Source of the DNA: Chrysomallon squamiferum
Taxonomy: Eukaryota; Animalia; Mollusca
DNA: 64,000 bases
Assembly: GCA_012295275.1 (NCBI GenBank)
Contig: CM022666.1
Location: 5,890,001 to 5,954,000, forward strand
Direction of reading: 5' to 3'
Position 1 is the first letter of the stretch; every line of letters starts with the position of its first letter. The position numbers and the translations under genes are program-made. The notes under the pieces were generated by a model. That model worked only from the letters and a program-made list of their open reading frames with translations, was not told where the DNA came from and ran no database searches. Positions 1-15,110 of the stretch are shown here, one piece after another.

Positions 1-2120
1 CTTTGAGCAATAGTGGTGGGTTGGTGGTGAGATTATGCACCATCAGTCAAACATCAAGTAAAAGGGGTGGGAGTGTGGAGAAACAATTTATCTAAATCAA
101 GCAATGAGACATTGATTTATCAATAGCAGCTGTCAGGTTTATGTTTTGTGTATTGTGTTTTTTTTTTTTTCTGAAAATAAAACCAGATGCTGCAAGCGAT
201 GTTGACAAAACACTGTTTCTAAAAGTGTAACATAATTTTCAATAATCAAACAATGGTTAATATTATTCCACCATAAAGAAGCCACTGGTTTCTGTATGTG
301 TAACACGAAAAGTATATTGTAATATTCAATAGTCAGCAGATGATTCCATGATAAAGATTTTTCTTTCTCTCTGTGACTTTACAGTAAATTATTTGATAAA
401 AATGACTACTTAATGTGAATAAAACATGAAATATTTTGCATCATTGGTTACTGGATATGATATGCCTAGTGTATTGTTCTATATCAGTGACTGTAATAAA
501 TAATTTGTTATTACTGTCTGCTGGATATCACATGAATAGTGTATTAATTTGTAACAGTGGATGACTTTTTTATCACTGGCTACTGGATATGTTATTATTA
601 TGATGCATTATTGTGTAGCTGTGGCAACAGTTAATGACTTTGAATCACTGGCTAAAGCTGGCTAAAACAGGTAATGGTTAGTCAGTTACAAAATCACTCA
701 AACTGGAACTAATACTAAATGTGAATAAAACATTATTCTGCATCAATGGCTAATGAAAACAAAAACAAACAAAAAAAAGAAAACAAAAAATGATTCTAAA
801 ATTGCAGATAATTTAAAAATTTGTTCTGAAGTTAATAATAATAATTTCAAACACAGCTTAGCAGTCTATCTTTTTCACAAATAACCACAAAAACTAAAAA
901 AAAATCACCACGTCAAAATTATACTGATGCTGTTCTGTATTATTAAAATAATTAACGTGCTGTATAATCAGCAACATGTTGGAAACATTGTGTAATATTT
1001 AAATCACAATAATCTTTGATGACATCATCCTTAAGCTGAGATTTTCAATATTAACTGGGATAAAGGGTAATTAGTATCTGTTCTTATTAAAAGCGTCATT
1101 GTATGTGGTCTATCATGTTGTGTAACAGTCTACACTAGATCTAAGGTGATATCCGTGTTTTGTTCTGGGTTTAATATAAAATGATACGACATCCTTCGAG
1201 TTACGTAACACAGATATGACCACCTGCCATTTCCTTTTTACTTTGTGGTGTAAAATTATTTTTCTTTTCCATTTATATTTTCTGTTTCTTAATTCATATC
1301 TGGTTATGTATATGCATGTTTGTATGTGTGTGTCTGTGTCTATGCATGTATATGTATGTGTTTGCATGTCAGCGTGTGTATGTATGTACACACGTATGCA
1401 TGTATGTGCACGTGTTCATAAACAAATAAATATGTTTTTCACATTTTCAAATTGTTTAAAGATGTTTTCAGTATCATTCATAAGTGGATCCTGAATTTTA
1501 GTTCAAGAATAAAATGTTTGTATGATCTATTTAAGGAAGTGAAATGACAAATTTAAGGTATGCCGGTATTAATTTCTTGGACACACTATACACATACATT
1601 AACTTAAATAATGCATACCAAGGTGTCGCTTTCATGTCTTTCCTTCTAAGAGGGTATTATTTATAAATTCCAGAAATAAGCTATGAGTAAATATGGTATC
1701 TGTTCACGATTATATAAATATGAAGAAAATTTAAAGACTATTTTAAAATATTCCATTGTTTAATAAAAAAAATATAAAAAATTAAAATTGTATATTACTG
1801 AATGAAAAAAAGAAAATGGAACTTTTTTGTAATTCTTTAAGATTATATTTTAAGAATTTATATATATTTGTTTTTAATTTGAAACTATTGTTGAACAACT
1901 ACATTTTAAAATTTATAATTCATTTTATGTGAAAAAAATCTTACTGTTTTTAATTATTAAATGTTTATTTTGTTTGTTTGTGGGTTTTTACAGTTATATA
2001 ATGTTTATATATGAAATCTGAGTATGCTATTAAATAAGTATTAAATTTTATACTTCTGAACGTCAGTTTTTCAATTTTGTAATGTTAAATAATTTGTACC
2101 TAATTTCAATTTATCTATTT

Positions 2121-2175
<55 letters not shown>

Positions 2176-5038
2176 TTTATTTAACTAATCTATTTAAACT
2201 TGTAATATGCAAATTTCAGTTATCAAAATATATATGAATGTTTATTGATCAACAATTTTTTTTTAATTTTTTCTAAATGTAGTTTACACGATGTATAAAT
2301 TTAAATTTATCTAAATATGTTATATACAATTTTTATTTTACCTAACTGTATATGATTTAAATGTTTATTTACCTAAGTGTATGTCAAATAATAATTAAAA
2401 ACATTTATCTTAAAATATCCAGTTTTTTAAAATATATACAACTTACACTTTTAACTGATCTAAAAACACATATTCTACAAATTTCAATTTATTTATATAT
2501 ATGCAATTTACAAATTTCAGTTTATTCATAGATACACAGATATACACATACACATTTCACAAATTTTAATTTATCTAAAAATATGCAATATTAAGATTTT
2601 ATTCTATTTAAATGTATAAACCAGACATAAAGTTATCTAAACTTATTACTTTTAATTTATTTAAATATATATCACACACTGTGTACAAAGTGAATACTTC
2701 AAAAACCATGACCTTTTCTCCTTTTTTTTTATCTCTAACTGATAATTGAAAAAAAAACGAGAAAAAAAAAAATGACAGCTGTCAGTCATATGCAACCATA
2801 CAAACATGTCAAATTCTGGTATATTACCTTTACAATATTAACACAAAAAGAGAGACCTTTTCTTATTGTCCCAGCTACCTAGAAATGTAGGTTTAAACAG
2901 ATAAGATAACAAAGATATTTTCTGTTCTGTTTTGTCATAATTCTCATGAATAGAAAATTGTAATATAAAGCTTTGTGGTCTTAATGGGTTGGTAAGGGTA
3001 GGTTGTATTCTTAACAGTTTGATGTATAAATGACACACTATTGCAGCATATATATTTATAAACATTTTTTTTTTTTTTATCAAATTTCTAAGAAGGTATT
3101 TGCTTACATACATAAGTACATTTGAATATTTATACACTGCTGTCATGTTACTTACTGTTTGAAAACCAAGGACATTTTTTACTATAATTATTAGTGTATA
3201 TATGATAAACGTTATTTCGTTTGCACAAATATACACCAATATTAAGTATGTTTCTATGAATTTAAGAAGATTCTATGACATAACATACAGAGTCATCTGG
3301 CTCTTTTTCACATATTCTTTCTTTCTCATTCTCACATACTTTTTCTCTCCATCGCTCGCTCGCTCTCTCTTTCTCTCACATATACACTTTCTCTCAAACT
3401 CTCAATCACACATTCTTTTATTTTACTTTTTCTATTTGCTTGTTTTTTGGGCGAATAGTTTCTTTCTTTTATTTTATATTTTTTTTATTACTTGTTTTAT
3501 TAGGTTTTATTTTTGTCAGGTTTTATTATTTTTTGGGGGGGTAATTTATCTTGATATGATTATTATAATTTATTTATTTTTTATTTCTAGTAGCTTTATG
3601 AATTTTTTAACTCTAACAGTACATTTTATATTTTATATTATAATATACATTTCATAACAGTAGCCCAAGAAATTATATAAAATAATAAATGAGCATCTTC
3701 TTTAATATGTATGGAAATATATAATTATGTTCCTTTAAGCAAGTGAATACATACCATATTATTAGTTTTAAGAATATTTCACTGGTCTTATATCTTAAAG
3801 AATTGACATTATTCTGTTATACATATGCCTACTGAAAAAAAAAACATGCAATAGCTATGTAAAACTAATATTTATGCAAAGTTTAGAAATGTCTTTGTTT
3901 TGCGATCATAGAATGATACTAAATTTTAAATTTCTAAGCATTTTGCTTATTTTAAAATTATATATTCTTGGAAACTACTTCATATTTCTGTCATTTCATT
4001 TGGTATTTCACATTTCTGAATACTTTAAAAATCTACTAAATAATAAGGGTTAAAAATAATAATAATTATTATTAAATTTCTAACTCAGTAAGAATAACTA
4101 GATTATTGTAAAGACAATAAATACATTTTAACTGTTAATTCAACCCCAAATATTTTTTTAATAATAATAATTTATATATTATTAAGGATTATAAACAGCA
4201 ATAAAAAAGGTAAAGTAGGTAATATATACAAGACAGATTAATGAAGCTCATTTTTATGTATTAAAAAATATAATATTAATTAATTATTATAATTTTGTAT
4301 TATCATATTTATATTTGAGGCTTTGGAATGTGAGTTTTTTTTAGCATCAGTGCCTTAGAATGGATTCAGATTAGCAATGAAATCTATAAATGTAAAATAA
4401 ATTATAGTTTAGATATGAAATGTGATAATAAATGGTTTAAACTATTAAGAAAATTAAATCAATATATGAAACACTGCATGATGTAATCCGCAATTATTAT
4501 CAAAGTAGGAGGGCTACAGTTTGCTCTGTTATTTTAACAAATTTTATTTTATCAGTAATATTTTTATATTTTACTATTGTGGTTACTAACTGTAGTTTAA
4601 AGACAAATGTACCATAATTTCGTTAAATATCATATGCCATAGGAAACCATTACAGTCCAACTTTGATAACAGATAAATCTAGATAATACTGAATATTTTC
4701 GTCGTTGGTTTATTATGCATTATTGAAAAGATGAAAATATATATCCTAGTAGTAGTAGTTATGTTTGTAGGTCTTAATTGTTCTGTACAACGACAGCTTC
4801 AAAGGTACAACGTCATAACCCCTAAAATACGTCCACCAAAACTTCTGTTCTGCTACTGAGAGAATATATGTGTATGTATGTGTATGTATGTGTATGTGTA
4901 TGTGTCTGTGTGTGTGTCTGTGTATGTGTGTCTGTGTATGTGTATGCGTGTGTATCACTATATGTGTGTCAAAAAAAAAAAAATTCGGTAATTTCGGTCG
5001 ATGAAACTATTTAACTAAAAATAAAAAATTATAAATAC

Positions 5039-5201
5039 CTGGAATAGCTTTTATCGGAACATCGTTTTCACTAAAACCTTTTTCTTTGTATGCACGTTTC
5101 ACCTCTATACACGCCATGTTGAAACAGTGTCCGTACGTTAGCAGAAGCCACAAAACACAACCCCCTAAACATCGCGAATAAGTTATCTGCCCGGCAGCCA
5201 T
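5039..5201 (-). CDS. Glypican (GPC4/GPC6/dally-like class), coding exon 1; gene continues leftwards beyond the window, so 1-5038 is read as intron 1
   Basis: ATG at 5201 gives MAAGQITYSRCLGGCVLWLLLTYGHCFNMACIEVKRAYKEKGFSENDVPIKAIPG: a signal-peptide-like start followed by the glypican N-terminal motif C-x-EV-x-x-AY-x-x-KGFS-x-x-D-[VI]-P. It ends in a phase-1 donor CCAG|gtattt at 5039/5038, where glypican exon 1 typically ends. No second exon was recognised in 1-5038. Confidence 0.85.
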
Positions 5202-6606
5202 CTTTTGCTTCCTAAGGCCGGGATTTCCCTCAACGAATCTTCCAAGTTTGGTGTTCGGTGTGAAAAAAAACGAAAACAATTTTCGTGTTGGTTCTTTTCT
5301 TATACGTATTTCCTAGCCTTCGAATTTCCTAATCATAACCACCGCACCTCCGAATCCATAATTTCAAGTCGCATATCTATAAACATTGTGTAGAGAGTCC
5401 GTTTTTTTGCACAGAGATCTTCCCAATTCTGTAATCCACAACACTTCCAAGCTTTGGAACAATGTTTGTGTTCGGCTGTTCCTTACACCTCCTGAAAATT
5501 CTTATTGATCCACCATAATAGATATATTTATAAAAGTTAGACACTAATTATATTCCGTGCTCTATATATATTACAGGGATAAAACATTTAAGCAATAATG
5601 TAAATCGTATAACTGTTACCAGAGCATGCTTTTACCAGTTTTGTCTATATTTTATTAGCAATTAGCACCGAACGAGGGTGCTAAACGTAATAACTGTACC
5701 AATTTCCCCGAAAGTTGTTCCGTTAAAGGTAGTTTCATTGGTCCGCATATTTGTCACCGTTGCAGCTATTGGTTAATATGTATAAAGGAATAGTGGCTAT
5801 TCTTTACCGTCAACCAATGGAAGTCTTGGGAACTAAAGGTAAACAAATGGCTTGCCATTCATTGTATTGTCAAAAGTCGTCTGCTACGTGTTTTAGTGTG
5901 TTACAAGTTCGATTTATGGTTGTTAATTGTTTATTCAATATATAAAATATATACGTAATAATAATAATAATAATAATAATGATAAGACTTTACAAAACAA
6001 TGTATTTTCCTTTAATCATATACATAATTAGGACTGATTAAAATAATTGAAATATGTTCTATTATATTATGTTACCGCTGTTATATGTACCACGATCAAC
6101 ATTCCGCTGTTACCGCTATCACTATCACCACAACTACAACAACTCCAAAAAGTATTATCACTGCTACTGTTGCTGCATCTGCTAAATGTATATATATTAC
6201 ATTTTAATTAGAATAAAGTATATATTTTATGAACATTTATGCTGATAAAGTTAAGGGATCAGATGCAGATTTTATACTAGAAATAGAAAGAACAGCAATA
6301 TTTAAGGTTTTTTTTCTGTCAACCGGTATAATTTTTGTTCTTTCAGCTTCAACGGCAGCGTTGAAATGTATATTACATACTCAGAGACACACAGATACAT
6401 TTTTAAATAAAAGCGTTGCACTCGTATAATTACATCAGTGTGAAGGACTTACAATTATACAAATTTACATTTCTACCAAGTGAAAAAAATAATAATAATA
6501 ATAATAAAAAATAGTAATACAAAATTCACTGAAATATGTACATACCAGTTGCTGTAAATTCATGACGTACAATTAATTTGGATCAGTTATTCTGTATTTC
6601 TGAAGC

Positions 6607-6959
6607 AAACGAAACAGAGAATGGCTATACTTGTGAAATAAACTGTTGATGTTTTGCTTATAACATATTCAAATACAGACCGAAATATTTCATTTGAAAT
6701 ATTTTATTTTTTATTTCCTCTATATTCTAAACTGATCTCCTGGGTCCGTTTAGGGAATTAATAAAATCACTGGAAGAGTCCATCTAAAGAAATAAGGAAA
6801 TTAATCATTTCTAGAATATACACATGCACACACATCATGCACACAGTGTATCAATGTTTACATAAATCCATCTCTTATTAGAGTGAAATAATTAGATAAT
6901 GAAAGAAACAAAACCAACATTAATAACAACAGAAATATTAATAATTATTAACAGCAATC

Positions 6960-7006
<47 letters not shown>

Positions 7007-7695
7007 GACAAAATTAATGTGAATTAACTGTAAACCATGAAGAGTTATGTCCCCTATTATCGTGGTTCAGTCTGAATTTCTTTTGATTAGAGTATTTGTT
7101 TTGACAAACAAAACTTCTTTTTCTTTCATGATTAAGAGCACGTAACAAATTTATTCGAATACGATGTTGACATATACCTCCTTGGTGTACAAATTATGAA
7201 TGAACTATATTTTTTTTTTTTAAAAAGCCTTCAAACACGTCGGTTTCGCATATCGCGGTTACTCTTGCATGCTTGAAATCTCCAGTTTGAATGAAATAAA
7301 ACATAATTCAGATTTAAAATCTGATATTTCAGTGTGTGTCCTATGTAACTGACTAAATACACACAATATGCATATCTCAGATCTTGCGGTAGGCCTCTTC
7401 ATTGTTTCTACATATCTTGTGATAGCAGACGTGGTGGTGTAAAGGCATCGGATGTTTGGCGCGAAACCAATTTTCTGAAAGGGGTCTGCAATCTGATGTA
7501 AGTACATTCAAAGGGCGGACATTAACAAAAAGAAAAAAAAAGCCAACCAAACAAAACAAAAATATGGAAACCAAACAGAGAGAATGGCTATGCTTGTGAA
7601 ATAGATTGTTGATGTTTCGCTTATCACACATTCAAACAGAGACCGATAATTATTTGAAAATAATCCTCTTATTTCCTGGGTCCGTTTAGGGAATT
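6607..7695 (+). repeat. Diverged ~130-150 bp direct repeat pair (about 6607-6757 and 7568-7695)
   Basis: Both copies read ...gagaatggctat[a/g]cttgtgaaata[a/g]a[c/t]tgttgatgttt...tcctgggtccgtttagggaatt. Confidence 0.75.
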
Positions 7696-7719
7696 TATTA
7701 CAACATTTTGAGAGATAGC

Positions 7720-7827
<108 letters not shown>

Positions 7828-8704
7828 TATTAATTCTAGACTATCTAGGCAAGTTGTTCACTTGACTGGATTCATGCAGGGGTAATTCAAAGATTCTACG
7901 AAAACAGGAAACTATTTTTCACGGTGGATAACGAAACTGTATTTACAGATAGGTAAACAATCTGTCAAAACCAACAGGGGGCGCATCTATCGATCCGCGT
8001 GCGAACTGGATGTCCCCCCCCACCTGTGGTTCATCTGATATCCACGAAATGACAATAAGAAACCCACTTGTCCCAGATACAGAACACCTGCATTGTATCA
8101 CCCAGACCGACACACACCTGGACATACACATGCAAACAACACACATATATGTATAAAGATCATTACACAAATCTGATTTCGTATAAGATTTATTTCTTTC
8201 AATTTTTCTTCTTTTTTTTTTTTTTTTGACAGTAAAAAATTATGAATGATATATGGGAAATGGAAACGACTTTAAAAAAACCCCAACAACAACAAACAAA
8301 AAAATAAAAAAAAATAAAAATAGAACAACCAAAACAAAAAATGTTTTAAAATTAAAAATAATAAATAAATGAAAATAAATAACAAAGCTTTTAAAATAAA
8401 CAAAGCCAGCAATGAATTATAAAATTTTAAAATTATAAAATAATAATAAATTGGAGAAACTTTAAATTATTTTCGTGACTATTACAAAGTGCAATATAAA
8501 CATAATTGTTGGTGTCATTTAACAATTCCTTTCTTCTCTCTCTCTTTTCTCTTTCTTTTGATTATCTTTCTTTCTTTCTTTTCCTTTGTACATGTTTATT
8601 TTTTGTTTTTATTTCTGTTATTATTATCTTCTTTTTTTCTTTTCTTAATCCTGCGCGATAAAATAAATAAGATATAAATCTATTAATTGCCTTCTGTACT
8701 ATAT

Positions 8705-8815
<111 letters not shown>

Positions 8816-10160
8816 TTACTAAAACAAACAGAGAGACATTCTCTTTCAGACGAGATTAAGAATCATTTACAAAAGTAATTCTTCTCATTCTTCCATCTCC
8901 TACAATTATAAACAAAATGATTTAGTAATTACACTTCGCCATTCACTGAGACTGAATTAACCCGAAATCCCATTTGTCATTAATTACTGTTTACGATCGT
9001 AACACCTTGAAGAAATTATCGAAATCAATTGCTGGATTAAGCTAAACATAAGATGAAAACGGCCGCTCCTTTTATATTTGAGAATTTGTCGTTTGATATC
9101 TGCAGGTCTCTCTAAAGATTAATTTTATTATGTATATCGTATACTTTTTTATAATTATATTTTTCTTTTCATTTACACCACTTTTTAGAGCTGTGAGTAG
9201 AGCTGTGAGTAGAACTGTGAGTAGTCGGATCAACACCAAAAAATAACCACATTGTTCAGTGACGTCACGGTGCTTGGGTCATTTTCCCCAGTTTGAATTG
9301 CGCCATGGCCATTTTTGTTTTGTTTTTAATAAATATTAACTCTCGTTTATGTTTTTATATCTGACTTGTGCACAGTTTATGTTGCCAGTAATGTAACATA
9401 AATTAAATAGAAGATAATGATATATCTAGCAATAATAAATATATGATTAACGTCTTTTTTTTCTTTCCAGAGTAAACAAACAGTAAGAGAAGTGTGTTAA
9501 ATATCGTGAAGGAATTTGCCTGCTTTGAAACTGAATAAACTAACAGTGTTGTTGTTTCTGTTGCTGTTATTGTTGTTGTGATTATTATTATTATTATTAT
9601 TATTATTATCGGTAGTATTTTGTGTTAATATCATCATCATCATCATCATTATATTAAACGGGCTTTTGTCTTATTTAAACAAAAAATACTTTTTAAACAC
9701 TTTTTTCTCTCTCTTTAATGCTGTTGTCACCGTGGTTGCATGTTCTTCTAGCGAAAAGTTTTAAAAGACTGAGTATCCATAACTACTCTAGCGAGCGTTT
9801 TTCAATAGTTTATTTTATTTTTATTTTTATATTAGTATACATTGTATTTGACTTTATAAAAAAATTATATATAGATATGTAGAATGTGTATTGATTTTAT
9901 AAAAACTATTCGAATTAATAATAATAACAATAGTAGTTGTAGTAGTATTAGTAGTAGTAATAAGAACGACGACGACGATGAGTAAACAGCAATCCTTTAT
10001 TTACGTTTTTATTATCTTATTTTTCAAATACTGCACAATAATAAAAATAACACAAATTTAAATCTATCAGTTATTGTATAACTAATATGAACATTTAATT
10101 ATTCATCACTCTCCCTCTTTCTCTCTGTTCCTCCCTTTCGTTTTTTATTGTTCTCACTCC

Positions 10161-11570
10161 TGGGAAGCCAGTGAACAACAAGAAGCGAGGATTGTATACC
10201 CACGCTGAATATGGGACGGGAAATTGTCACAACATCTAGGATAACCAAACAAAAAAATCATGGTTCAGATAACTACAGAGAACAATGGTTTCAGTTATGT
10301 TAATTATTCAGTCTACTGCAACTAGCTGAGGTGTTTGTTGCTTGGATTCACAAATACTCAGTAGGGATTTGTACAAGTATGTAGGTAGTTTTATGAGTAT
10401 ATGAGTGAAGGTACAATCTTCAACATTAAAGTTATACGTTACTCCAAAATAAATGGTTTATTTAAAGAGTTTTTTTAAAGCATAAACTATATATACTTGT
10501 GCGTGTTTGTACTAATTACACCTAACAGTAACTGCAATTAGACAAGTAACTGGTTTTAGCCTATAAGGGAAAAGGTTACTCACATTTCCTTCATTAAAAA
10601 AAAAAAAGAAGCTTTAATTAATCGTGTTACTGTACGTTTTGTTTGTAGAACGTAGGATGTGGCCATGTTGTCAGAGTTCAGTCAGAGATGTGTCTGCAAC
10701 AAAGGTGTAAATACTCTGACTGTAAATGGTATCAAAGACTTGCTGAACAAACAAGTTATTGCCAAAGTTTGCAGTGCGTCTGTGGGGGAGGGGCACCTGC
10801 TACCCCTTGATATGGACCTGAATTGTTTTGAGAGGTGGTTTTTCAATTATACTCTGTGTGTGTACATAAACATACAGGCTCCCATTAAGGTAGGCGAGGG
10901 ATGATCAGCTGAATAACAGCATTTATGTATATTAATATTATGTCTATGTATACATACATACAGAACAAAATATATATACATGTATATGTATATGTATATA
11001 TATAGATATGTGTGTATGTGTTTGTATATAATGTATGTATATAGACACACAAATACATACACACATACAGATATAATATACTGAGACGCATACATACATT
11101 TTGACATGGTAGAGTATTTACAGTTTTTATGCATGCACGTGTTTCCAGTAAACAAATTATATATATCCTTACGAGAAATACTTATAAATTTTCAAAGTTT
11201 TAAACGAGCGTATGGAATCCCTGACAAATATTTTCTTTGTACTTTTTACGAAATAGTCTTTTAACCTGTCGTTATCAAAACCCTCGGGTACGAGTCGCAA
11301 AGACTCTGTCCAAGTTGTTGCACAGCTTTTTAATTTGAATCGTTCCGCTGTAAATTTCATTATGACCCTTTTCTACGGACATTATACCTTCTAATTCGAA
11401 ATACGTACACGTTAGTTGCCAAAGTTTAAAGTCTGCTACGAAGCCAGTCATGTCGCCCATAACAATCTGTCTGTTACGCTCCTCAATTTGTAAACAGACT
11501 AGTTCCAGTCTAGTTTGTCAAGGAACGTTACTCTTCGCGAACACGTGCAATAGGAATGTGAAATACCTCT
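10161..11570 (-). mobile_element. Partial ISL2EU-like DNA transposon remnant (inverted copy of 28054-29461; lacks the THAP start and one TIR)
   Basis: TIR ggaatgtgaaatacctct ends at 11570 and is followed by AT. Contains the WTESLRLVPEGF...FKTLKIYKYFS remnant (11169-11360). Similarity stops at ~10161, inside the THAP-coding segment. Confidence 0.6.
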
Positions 11571-12435
11571 ATTACATTTTGCTATTCATCAAAACTGAAT
11601 TAACACAGTATCCAGTTTACTGTTAATTACGACATCAACAATTTGAAGAACCTTTCAGAGTAATTGACGGATTAACTAAATACCAGAAAAGAATTTGCCA
11701 GCTTTGAATTGAACGGTAACATCAGAATGCGAATAGATAACTAATATTATTATTATTGTTGTTGTTGTAATTTTTATTATTATTATTATTAGTAGTAGTA
11801 GTAGTAGTGTTATTATTATTATTGCTGTTGTTGTCGTTTTTATTTTTTTTAATGGTTGGGTGCTTAAATAAGTAAATATATAAGTTTCTAAAATACTGGT
11901 GGGGTGTTTTGGACTATTTTGAGTCTTTAATGTTGTTGTCACGTAGTTGTCTATTTTTTTGTTTATGATGCTGTCCACTTCTCACTTTGAACTTCTAACC
12001 AAACAAAGTTTCAACAGACTGAGTATCCATAATAGTCTACTGAAATTCATTTATTTATTTAATTAATTTTATTGTACTTTACATTTTATCATTTTTATTA
12101 ATTTTTATTTATTTAATTTTTATGATTTACTCATATATTTTATTGTTTTAATTATTTATTTTATTTTTATCACGTTTAAATTTTTTTATATATATTTTTT
12201 ATTTTAATTTACATTGTTTATTTATTTATTTATTATTTATTAATTTATTTATTTTCATTTATTTATTTTACTTTACTTTTTACCTTTTTAAATTATTATG
12301 TTTTATTTTTATTTATTTATTTATTTATTTAATTTAAATTTAAAAAAAAATTCATTCTTATTTATTTTATTTTTATCATTTTTTGATTTTCATTTGATTT
12401 GATTTATTAATCTCATTTTTATTTTTGTCTTTATT

Positions 12436-12976
12436 TTATTTGAAGGGCTCATAACTGCTGATATGTGAACAAGGCGAAATCTTGTTCTCTCTCTCTTTCC
12501 CGTCACTGAACAGAAGGAAGCGCTCGTCATCTGTGGTCCTGGTCCAGTCATCTTCAAGATCTACTTTGGCTCTGGTCTGGGGTAATAGAGGGATGGTCTT
12601 TCTGCGGTGCCTGTAGAGAGCTCTGCTCATGCTGCTAAAGGAGGGTAGGGTCGGCAGATGAGTGGGATCTTGTGTTGACACTTGGTTGGCATACATCGTG
12701 TGCATCTGCGTTGTTTCCTCCCTTGCTTTCGTGCGCATGGCACTGAGAAACCTGACATGGTTGACATCTTCTTGGTGATAGGTGTGGTGTGAACTGAGAT
12801 ATTCCTTGAGAACGTCACCGACTGTTGAACATTTTCCCTTGCAAGTCTTGCTGAGGCATCTCCAGTGTTGTGCTGTCTGTCGGGTTGTACTCTTTGCTGT
12901 ACAGGAATCCATCGAGGAGAATTTGTGGAGTGCCTCTCGATGAAGTAACAAATTCTGAATGTCTTAACTCTGCCAT
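12436..12976 (-). pseudogene. FLYWCH zinc-finger / Mutator (MULE, Phantom-type) transposase fragment, frameshifted and truncated
   Basis: Joined frames read MAELRHSEFVTSSRGTPQILLDGFLYSK /fs/ TAQHWRCLSKTCKGKCST...HHTYH (FLYWCH F..S.RG..L..GF.Y..W.C..C..H.H). Then ...PSFSSMSRALYRHRRKTIPLLP...WTRTTDDERFLL, typical of the region upstream of MULE DDE domains. No DDE domain follows. Confidence 0.7.
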
Positions 12977-14887
12977 GGTTGATATGTGAGAAATCTTGAA
13001 CCTTGAAAAAAAAAAACAATTAACGTGCTAATCGGAGCAAGCTGTTGTGAAGCACGTCTACGGCGGGCACGCTTTCTGACAGGTCAGCGGGCGTGTCCGT
13101 CGCAGAAACGGTGAGAAATGGAGGGACATACTTTGTGTACTTGCAAGTTTTCACTGAGTAGATTCTTAGTGGTCAAATAGACTTTGTTTTTCACTACAGT
13201 ATGCACCATGTCCGAGGATTAGAGGACTATACGTGTTTTCTATCAAATTGTTAAAGAGGATTATAGGCTACAATCACAACATTTTCAAATTTGATCTTTC
13301 CAAGCTTGCTATTCAAATAAATGATTTCACCGATGAGGTTTTATGTAAACAAAAGTCATTGTCCTCATTACAACACTTTGTACCGGGTATTACAATAAAA
13401 ACACCAGTTATAATAAAGACATTGATGTTTGTGTGTAGTTCCTAGGTTGGGACGTGTTGATAAATTATATTATCTCTATGACTGTATAAGGTATTACAAA
13501 TATAAACACAAGTCCTTACAGTTGAGAATCCATGCTTGCAAAGAGGAATTGAATTGAACAGATGAGACTGCTCCACTAAGTCTGTAGGGGTGTGCTTACT
13601 TAATCCCTAAACTGACTGTGTAACAACTGGGCCAGTTAAGGTGTGTAAAAACAAAGACAAGACATGAGTAGGACGAAGAGTTGGCGGCCATTATTAGGCA
13701 TTTATGTTGGTAAATAAACTTTGCGTTATCTTTGTTTAAGGCGGAAGCAGGGACAAATGGTTATCCTGTTTCTGTATGCTCTGTTTGATTTGTTGATCAA
13801 TTTGATGTATCCTGTATATACTCCATAGAGAGTTTGAGTCATATATTTATTTCTAACAAAACCTGTTAGGGAAAATTAAAAGATTTAAGAATTACAGTGT
13901 TTCATTTAACGCCAACTCCCACGTCCTCAACCACTAAATAATAATAAGTATACATGTGTAAAATAAATAATTATCTTTGTAATACAAATATTGTGTTACA
14001 AATATAGGTTCGTTTAATAGGTTCGTTAGCACTTGAAAGCTAACACCTCTTATGCGCTGGGCCCCACGACAGTCATGTGACACACGGACTATTTCGTTTT
14101 CATTTATTTTATTTTTATTTTTTATTTATATATTGTTTTTTTTTTGGGGGGGGGGTTGGTTTATTTATTGGTTTGTTTTTATTTTTATTTTACTGTTTTT
14201 ATTCTATTTTATTCAGATTTTATTTAATTTGATTTTATTACATTTATTTTATTGTTTCAATTAATTAATTAATTAATTTATCTTATTGTATTTATTTATT
14301 TTACATTTTTTTTTAATGTTTTGTATTTTTATTTATTTATTTATTCATTCATTTATTTCAGTTTTATTTTATTTTTGTTTTTAATTTATTTTTATCACTA
14401 ATTAATTTTTATATTATTTTTTTTATTTTAATTTATTTTATTTTACTTTATTTATTTATTTATTTATTCGGCAGATCGAATCAACAGTCATGCTACAAGT
14501 GATAATTACAAACAGAAGATTCTTCTGTCACAGGGAGATATTTTTGAGACATTTTATATTCCTGGCCATGTAATAATAAATAGATGACTACAGATATTAT
14601 TCCGATTACGTGTAACAAATCCTTATACCTTGCAGATGCGTAAATAATGACAGCCACGGAAGAGACAACATCATTTATTTGGATCCTTTTTATTTATTTA
14701 TTTATTTATTTATTTATTTTATGTTGTTGTTGAGTTTTTTTTTGTGGAGAAGGGGTATGAAAAATTGGGTAGACTGAATAAACTGGATGGAAGATGATCC
14801 ATCCATACCTTGTGTATTTGCTTTAGCCTCGCACGTTACGATCGATATACAGCTTACGATAGTATGGAACCAGCTGGCACTGCAACA

Positions 14888-14948
14888 TCAGTTACTGCAC
14901 AATACGTGTTCGACCTTCTCCTAGACGGCAGCTTTCGAAACAGAGTAG
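14888..14948 (+). promoter_or_regulatory. Putative initiator (TCAGTT) plus short non-coding first exon of the TNF-ligand gene; equivalent in the other copies except copy 9 (e.g. 62269-62329 on -)
   Basis: TCAGTT at 14888-14893 matches the invertebrate Inr consensus TCAKTY. Donor-like agagtag|gtatat at 14948/14949, then acceptor ttttgcag| at 15074, 36 nt before the ATG. Confidence 0.45.
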
Positions 14949-15110
14949 GTATATGCGTGTGTATCTGTGTGTCACTCAATACAAAAAAAGATCCAAATTA
15001 TATCGAGCAGCATTCCAAATAGTGTGTATTTATTGCTAATAATATTTATTTATTTATTTTGTCATGTTTTGCAGATTACTTCTAAAGGAATTAAAAGTTG
15101 TTACACAAAA

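Noticed and set aside
1113-4958. Several 70-150 aa ORFs inside the glypican intron
   Set aside because: Translations of (TG)n/(TA)n and T-rich low-complexity DNA; no recognisable domain or glypican exon-2 motif.
5202-5279. N-terminal extension of the 5007-5279 ORF
   Set aside because: Relies on a non-ATG start; the ATG at 5201 gives a proper signal-peptide-like start, and the 3' tail past 5039 is intron.
7425-7500. Possible tRNA or tRNA-derived SINE (gtggtggtgtaaagg...)
   Set aside because: Only a weak A-box-like word; no B-box (GTTCRA) or cloverleaf could be built.
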